A stretch of 64,000 nucleotides of DNA from an uncultured candidatus Brocadiaceae bacterium (GTDB taxonomy: Bacteria > Planctomycetota > Brocadiia > SM23-32): contig CAZNGS010000009.1 of assembly GCA_964572825.1 (NCBI GenBank), forward strand, positions 8,413 to 72,412, given 5' to 3'. This document shows positions 58,734-64,000 of this stretch, in pieces (positions within the stretch are counted from its first letter, which is position 1; each line of letters begins with the position of its first letter). Under the pieces are notes generated by a model. The model ran no database searches. It was not told the DNA's origin and worked only from the letters and a program-made list of their open reading frames with translations. Position numbers and translations under genes: made by a program.

Positions 58734-60868
58734 AAAGGCTCCTGGCGGCCGCCGCGCTGGTCATCCTGGTGAGTTCCTGCGCAAGCGTCGGTCCGGCTCC
58801 GCCGGGCTGCCACATGGCCGCTTCACACACCGTTGTCGCCGGCCAACCCGCCGAACTCGGAATCCGCGGAAAGGCCGCGCATCTGGAGATCGAGCAGACG
58901 CTCGAGCCCGGCGGACCGGTCGAGCAATGGAAGGCGGACAACCAGAAGGCGCGGGAAAACGGCGAGCGTTTCCCGGACAAGCTGACCGTGGCCAGGCTGG
59001 CCGTGAGCTATGCCGACGGCCGGGGTGTGGAAGCCGATATCCGCTACAACGAAAGCGTCGGCGCGCTCCGGCGGGAGTGGTGGAACCCCGTCGACGGTTT
59101 CATCCATCACCTCGCCTTCGCGCAGGTGGCCTGGACGCGCCCGATCGGGGAGAGCGGCCTCCGGCACAACGTGGTCTACCGGATGAGATGGGCCAATCCG
59201 CGCCCCGAGGTGGCCATCAGGTCGATTGAGGTGAAGCCGGCAGAGGGTCTGGGCGAGGGGAGACTCCTGATCTTCGATGCAGCCACCGGGTCCACGCCGT
59301 CCGCGGGCGCAACTTACTTCGTGGCGCCCGACGGCGACGATTCCGCCCCCGGCACTTTCGATCGACCGTGGACAACCCTCCACAAGGCCGCCGAAACCAT
59401 CCAGTCGGGCGATACGGTGTACGTCCGCGGGGGTACCTACCGGCCGACCGAGCGGATACTCTTCAAGTACATCGACGCGCCTGAGGGGCAGCGCACCCGC
59501 ATCATCGGCTACCCCGGCGAGACCGCGACCTTCGACTTCATGGACGCTCACTGGGACACCAGCCCGGAACGCCGGCAGTACGGCTTCGAGCCGTATCCCC
59601 ACGATCAATCCATGATCATGGCCTATGACTGCGACCGTTTTACGTTCAAGAACCTGCATCTGACCCGCTCGCGGGCGCGCGGGTTCGGCATGGAGACCGG
59701 CTGGTGGAAGTGGGCTCACCGGGACAACCTGATCGACGGCGGCAGGCCGGAGGTGGTCAATAACACCCCGTTCCAGGATTCCGAAATCTGCTACTGTTCG
59801 ACGTACATGACCTACAACGCGGGGATCCGGTTCCGCGGCGCCCGTAAGGGCAGACTGATAGGCAACGTCCTCATGCGCCCCGAGACGATCGCCATGGGCC
59901 CCGCGGATCCGAAGAATCCCGGCTCCGGCCCCGTGGCGGGGCTGGACGCCACCACGTTCTACTCGCGGAGCGGCAACAAGAAGCGCAACCCCCCCATGGA
60001 GGGAATCGACGGGGGAGGCTTCCACGACGTGGAGGTCGCCTACAACGAGATATGCTGGGGCGACAAGGAGTGCTTTCTTATCGACGGGGACGTGGACGGC
60101 CTGCGCGTGCACCACAATTACGTGCACGATGCCTGGAACCTGCCCTGGGTCGGCGGCATCTCCCCCAACGGCTACGGCCGGCAGGAGGACATCAAGATCG
60201 ACCACAACATCGCCCACCACGTGGGCACAGGCTTCGGCATAGGCACGGAAGGCGGCGGCTGGGGCAAACGGGTCCGCATTCACCACAACCTCGCCTATGA
60301 CTGCCACTGGTCCGGCGTGGGGGTCAGCGGCGCGTGGAAGAGTAACGCAAGCCTTTATGACATCTCGGTCTACAACAACACGCTGTTTCACAACGGCCAC
60401 TACACCCGCAATCCCCGTATCCGGTGGCGCGAGAACAGGGGGCCGGCTGGGGGCATCTCGGTCAGCTTCCCTGCCGAAGACCTGGAGGGGGTTGTGGAGG
60501 ACGTCGTGGTCGCCAACAACCTGATTCTGCGACCCCGGGACTACGCCCTGACCCTCAACGGGGAGGGCGATCCGGAGGAAAGCAACATCGTCTTCACCCA
60601 CAACGTGACCGACCTGGAGGCCGAAAGCGACATCTTCGACCTCGAGCGCAACAGTGGCTGGCACCCGGTTCGAGACGACGGCCTCCTGGTGGTCGAAAGG
60701 CCGCTCCTCCGGGACCCGCGGGACCGGGACTTCCGCCTCGTGCCCTCCACCCCGGCCACAGACGCCGGCATCGCCATCAATCCCCGGGGCAAACCCGACC
60801 CGGAGGGCGGGAAGACCTGCGTCGGCGCCTTCGGGCCGGACTCGAAATGGGTGGAGCTGGACCCGTGA
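58730..60868 (+). CDS. beta-helix (pectate-lyase-fold) lipoprotein with an N-terminal uncharacterised domain
   Basis: A signal peptide with a lipobox (LVILVSSC) is present. An N-terminal domain ends in RWANPRPEVAIRSIEV. Then come FVAPDGDDSAPGTFDRPWTTLHKAAETIQSGDTVYVRGGTY and multiple HHN/NN beta-helix rungs. GGAGAG RBS. Confidence 0.7.
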   Translation: MKRLLAAAALVILVSSCASVGPAPPGCHMAASHTVVAGQPAELGIRGKAAHLEIEQTLEPGGPVEQWKADNQKARENGERFPDKLTVARLAVSYADGRGVEADIRYNESVGALRREWWNPVDGFIHHLAFAQVAWTRPIGESGLRHNVVYRMRWANPRPEVAIRSIEVKPAEGLGEGRLLIFDAATGSTPSAGATYFVAPDGDDSAPGTFDRPWTTLHKAAETIQSGDTVYVRGGTYRPTERILFKYIDAPEGQRTRIIGYPGETATFDFMDAHWDTSPERRQYGFEPYPHDQSMIMAYDCDRFTFKNLHLTRSRARGFGMETGWWKWAHRDNLIDGGRPEVVNNTPFQDSEICYCSTYMTYNAGIRFRGARKGRLIGNVLMRPETIAMGPADPKNPGSGPVAGLDATTFYSRSGNKKRNPPMEGIDGGGFHDVEVAYNEICWGDKECFLIDGDVDGLRVHHNYVHDAWNLPWVGGISPNGYGRQEDIKIDHNIAHHVGTGFGIGTEGGGWGKRVRIHHNLAYDCHWSGVGVSGAWKSNASLYDISVYNNTLFHNGHYTRNPRIRWRENRGPAGGISVSFPAEDLEGVVEDVVVANNLILRPRDYALTLNGEGDPEESNIVFTHNVTDLEAESDIFDLERNSGWHPVRDDGLLVVERPLLRDPRDRDFRLVPSTPATDAGIAINPRGKPDPEGGKTCVGAFGPDSKWVELDP

Positions 60869-61086
60869 CAGCCTTGGCGCAGGGGGTGAAGACCGCCGGA
60901 AGAACGCATCCGGTGAAACTACTGGCCGTCTGGGGGCACTGAGGGCCTCCCGGCCCCTTTGCCGTTCCTCGCCACAAGCGTTACGCGCTGACGGTTGGAC
61001 ACGCCTGTCCGCAGTTGACATAAGGCGAGTCTGGGATTACACCCGCGTATGAACCTTGCTACGCTTTCCGGGATGTGCGAGCAATC

Positions 61087-63909
61087 ATGCCACAAGTCTC
61101 GACGGTAACGCTGTGCGCGCTGGTCGGAATCCTCTGGCTCTTGCTGATGCCGTGCAGTGCCCGCGCCGCGACAGGCGGGAGCCCGATCTCCGTTCCGGGA
61201 GTACACTTGAACGCCACACGGCGGGCGGAGGACGGTCCCGTATGGTTCCGGCGCGAGGGAGTAGATTATAACCTGTCCGATTTCCCCCCAGGGGACGTTG
61301 AACTCGACGGCTTAGAATGGCATGTTTCCGAACGCGGCGTGCTGATGCTCGCGGGGGCAGGCTCCCCGGTCCACCAATCCGATGTCAAAGGCATACCGGT
61401 GGGGCGGAAGGCCGACTCGCTGCATTTCCTGCACACCTTCAACCCCGGCCCCGCGCTGGAGTGGTGGAAAATCAGACTGGCGGTCGAGAAGGAGAAGTTG
61501 AGCAAACCGCCCGCTCCGCCCGTCCTGTTCCGCTACGTGGTGCACTACGAGGACGGGCAGAGCGTCCCGGCGAAGGTCCGCTGGAACGAGGGCATCGGCG
61601 ACTGGTTGCGGGTCGGCCCCATCCCGGAGATGGGCTGGGCGCGTCCGGCCTGGACGAAGAAAGTCGAGGAGCCCCGCGGCGGGCGGCTGGCGGTCTACGC
61701 CATGCACTGGCCCAACCCCCGGCCGGAGGAGACGATCGCCTCGATCGACGTGGTGACCAGCAATGACGTTTACCGGGACTACGGTGCCCCCGCCGTGCTG
61801 GGGATAACCGCCGAGACCGGTTCCCTGCGGGGCCGGCGCCGCTACGTCTCCAGGGACGGGCGGGATTCCAACCCCGGAACGTTCCAGAAGCCCTGGCGGA
61901 CGCTCCATAAGGCGACCGAGGCCCTGGAGCCGGGCGACAGCGCCTACGTCCGCGGCGGCTACTACGGACCCACCGAGCAGATTCTGGTGACCCGGTCCGG
62001 CGAGGAAGACGCCTGGATCACCTACTCCGGCTATCCGGGCGAGACCGCCGTGCTGGACGCCTGCCACCACCTGCCGCCGGCCGACTACGAGGGGCCGCCC
62101 AACTGGAGCGACTGGGGCTTCTTTCAACTCAAGAAGGTGCACCACGTGCGGGTGCAGAACCTCACCATCCAGCGCTCCCGCCGGCAGGGGCTGAACATCT
62201 TCGAATCCAACCACGTCGAGGTGCTCTACAACACTTTCTACAAAACCGCCGAGTGCGGCATGCGCACCTACGCCCACTGGTGGCGGGCTCGCGGCCTGGA
62301 ATGGTCGCATCACGTGCGCATCTACGGCAACAACCTGGCCCGCGTGCACGATAAGACCATGCATCGGAACGAACACGATGCGGTCGTTCCCCGGCCGACC
62401 ACCGGCCACGAGGGCATCACCATCGCATGGACCGACGGATTCGAGATCGGCTTCAACGAGATCTACGGCTGCGGCAAGGAGGCGATCGACTGCAAGAACG
62501 CCAACCGCAACGGCCGCATTCACCACAACTACCTGCACGACGGCACCGCCACGGGCATCTACCTGGATGGATGGGGCCAGGACATCGAGAACATGGAGAT
62601 ATTCGAGAACACCCTCCACAATCTCGGCGGCATCTCCATCAGCAGCGAGCAGTCGGGCGGCACGCTGAGCACTATCCACGTGCACCACAACCTCCTGTGG
62701 GACATCCTCGTGAGCGGCATCTCCGTCAACAGCCACTACGCCAGGGAGAAGAGCCCCAAGCGCGAAGTGCTGGTCGAGCACAACACCGTGCACCGGGCCG
62801 GCTATCCCTCCGCCCGGTGGGGGTGGTGGGGCGCCGGCATCAGCCTGACGGGCGGCGCGCTGGAGGACGTCACCGTCCGGGACAACACCGTCACGGACAA
62901 CGTGGGCGCCCAGATAGCTCTGGACCCCGACGCCCGCGAGTCCGGAGGGGTGCAGGTGGTCAACAATCTGTCCCACCCCATGGTCGGTGAGCGCCCCGGC
63001 CAGCGCGACAGGCGTCGCGGTGTGGCCGGTGAAGACCCCGTGCTGAAACCGCCCCGCTACGTCGACCCGGAAGACGGTGACTTCCGACTGCGGCCGGGCT
63101 CCCCCGCGCGGGGCGCCGCCACGGACGGCACTGACCTGGGCGCACTGCACGAGGATTCCGGCGTCCTCCACTGGCAGAGCCTGGCGCGGGTGGACCAGGA
63201 CTTCGGCGATCCCGCCCTGGCAACAGCGACCGGTCAGCAGCCGGTCGACATACCCGGCCGGCTGCTGAACACCCGGGTTCATCGGCTCGGGTGGCAGAAC
63301 GCCCTCTACAACTTCAGCCTGCACTACAACTACGACTTGCTGCCCCTGCCGGTGGGCGAAACTGCGCTGAGCGGGGTCCGGTGGTTCCTGCCCGACCACG
63401 CCGACACCGGCGCCCCCACCCTGATCACCCTGAAGGGCTTCGGCTCGCAGGCGGAGGAGACCGCGGTTCGGGGCATCCCCGTGGGGCAGCGGGCGGACGC
63501 ATTGTTTTTCCTGCATGCCTTCAACCGCGGACCGGCCGCGCGAGAGTGGGAGCGAAAGGACGAGGGAGCCGCCTCGGCGCCCACGGTGTTCCACTACATC
63601 GTTCATTACGGGGACGGAGCGTCTGCGAAGATTCCGGTGAAATACAGGGTCAACATCGACCAGTGGCTGCGCAAACGCCCGGAGGACGGCCTGCTGCCGG
63701 GTCTGCCGGGGGCGCAGGTGGCGTGGGACCGGCAGGTCTGGCATCGCTGGGGCCACCGCGGGCATGAGTCCATCCGCATTTACCGGATGAGCTGGGAGAA
63801 CCCTCACCCGGAGAAAACGATCGAATCCCTGGACGTTGTGAGCGCCAACGACGAGGAACACGACTGGGGCTCGCCAGCCGTGCTGGGTATCACCACCGGC
63901 AGACAGTGA
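61087..63909 (+). CDS. secreted beta-helix protein, paralog of 58730..60868, with the uncharacterised domain duplicated at its N- and C-termini
   Basis: A signal peptide (MPQVSTVTLCALVGILWLLLMPCSARAA) is present. GIPVGRKADSLHFLHTFNPGPA...HWPNPRPEETIASIDVV lies at the N-terminus. The same module (GIPVGQRADALFFLHAFNRGPA...WENPHPEKTIESLDVV) repeats at the C-terminus. The central region (YVSRDGRDSNPGTFQKPWRTLHKATEALEPGDSAYVRGGYY plus beta-helix rungs) is homologous to 58730..60868. Confidence 0.7.
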   Translation: MPQVSTVTLCALVGILWLLLMPCSARAATGGSPISVPGVHLNATRRAEDGPVWFRREGVDYNLSDFPPGDVELDGLEWHVSERGVLMLAGAGSPVHQSDVKGIPVGRKADSLHFLHTFNPGPALEWWKIRLAVEKEKLSKPPAPPVLFRYVVHYEDGQSVPAKVRWNEGIGDWLRVGPIPEMGWARPAWTKKVEEPRGGRLAVYAMHWPNPRPEETIASIDVVTSNDVYRDYGAPAVLGITAETGSLRGRRRYVSRDGRDSNPGTFQKPWRTLHKATEALEPGDSAYVRGGYYGPTEQILVTRSGEEDAWITYSGYPGETAVLDACHHLPPADYEGPPNWSDWGFFQLKKVHHVRVQNLTIQRSRRQGLNIFESNHVEVLYNTFYKTAECGMRTYAHWWRARGLEWSHHVRIYGNNLARVHDKTMHRNEHDAVVPRPTTGHEGITIAWTDGFEIGFNEIYGCGKEAIDCKNANRNGRIHHNYLHDGTATGIYLDGWGQDIENMEIFENTLHNLGGISISSEQSGGTLSTIHVHHNLLWDILVSGISVNSHYAREKSPKREVLVEHNTVHRAGYPSARWGWWGAGISLTGGALEDVTVRDNTVTDNVGAQIALDPDARESGGVQVVNNLSHPMVGERPGQRDRRRGVAGEDPVLKPPRYVDPEDGDFRLRPGSPARGAATDGTDLGALHEDSGVLHWQSLARVDQDFGDPALATATGQQPVDIPGRLLNTRVHRLGWQNALYNFSLHYNYDLLPLPVGETALSGVRWFLPDHADTGAPTLITLKGFGSQAEETAVRGIPVGQRADALFFLHAFNRGPAAREWERKDEGAASAPTVFHYIVHYGDGASAKIPVKYRVNIDQWLRKRPEDGLLPGLPGAQVAWDRQVWHRWGHRGHESIRIYRMSWENPHPEKTIESLDVVSANDEEHDWGSPAVLGITTGRQ

Positions 63910-64000
63910 GGCGAGGACTCGATCACAACATGAGCACACAAAGGGACGCCCGTGTCAGGTAGAATCAGTTCACCCATCGTCTTTTTGGCCGTCTCCGTTT

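Noticed and set aside
60660-60680. tRNA-like T-loop sequence GGTTCGAGAC
   Set aside because: It lies inside the beta-helix lipoprotein CDS with no acceptor or anticodon stem context. No tRNA, rRNA or CRISPR array was found anywhere in the window.
60921-61043. Possible promoters for the last beta-helix gene: a perfect TTGACA at 61015-61020, and TGGCCG-N7-GC sigma-54-like at 60921-60936
   Set aside because: TTGACA has no acceptable -10 at 16-18 nt spacing. The sigma-54-like match is weak at both elements. Neither was listed as a feature.

Overview
This 64 kb window is a gene-dense, high-GC (roughly two-thirds G+C by eye) bacterial chromosomal segment. I see no rRNA, tRNA, CRISPR or obvious mobile elements. 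About 45 protein genes are supported, with very short intergenic spacers, and many neighbouring genes overlap by 4 nt (ATGA or GTGA), as in tightly packed operons. Most long ORFs antisense to real genes are high-GC artefacts.

The content is a mix of housekeeping and accessory functions:
- A conserved replication/recombination string on the minus strand: SRP RNA (ffs), dnaX, ybaB, recR, rpoN.
- ligA, smc and a Dtd deacylase.
- An anaerobic ribonucleotide reductase cluster, nrdR-nrdD-nrdH-like, followed by a very large secreted PQQ-repeat propeller gene and nrdG.
- cysE, galU, a fused NfnA/NfnB-like (SudB/SudA) oxidoreductase and a GH1 beta-glucosidase.
- Two sulfatases that lack signal peptides, plus URO-D-like and pterin-binding corrinoid methyltransferase components.
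- Two sigma-54 enhancer-binding proteins and a Hanks kinase / GAF-PP2C phosphatase pair.
- A PIG-L deacetylase / GT4 glycosyltransferase / (alpha/alpha)6 hydrolase operon.
- A TatC fused to a FecR-like domain.
- A 3' cluster of three large right-handed beta-helix secreted proteins, a CoA-transferase, a split MaoC hydratase and an AraC regulator.

The main hunting results are these:
- A near-consensus sigma-54 promoter drives a 31-codon Lys/Ala-rich small ORF ending in a strong hairpin. It is divergent from one sigma-54 activator gene and lies between both.
- Four back-to-back perfect hairpins sit in a 690 bp non-coding island.
- An SRP RNA lies where the ORF track shows a TTG-extended dnaX ORF.
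- A TatC-FecR fusion.
- A novel domain repeated three times in two of the beta-helix proteins.

The sulfatase, beta-helix, PQQ-propeller and sigma-54 content is reminiscent of PVC-type or similar polysaccharide-degrading bacteria, but that is only an impression.
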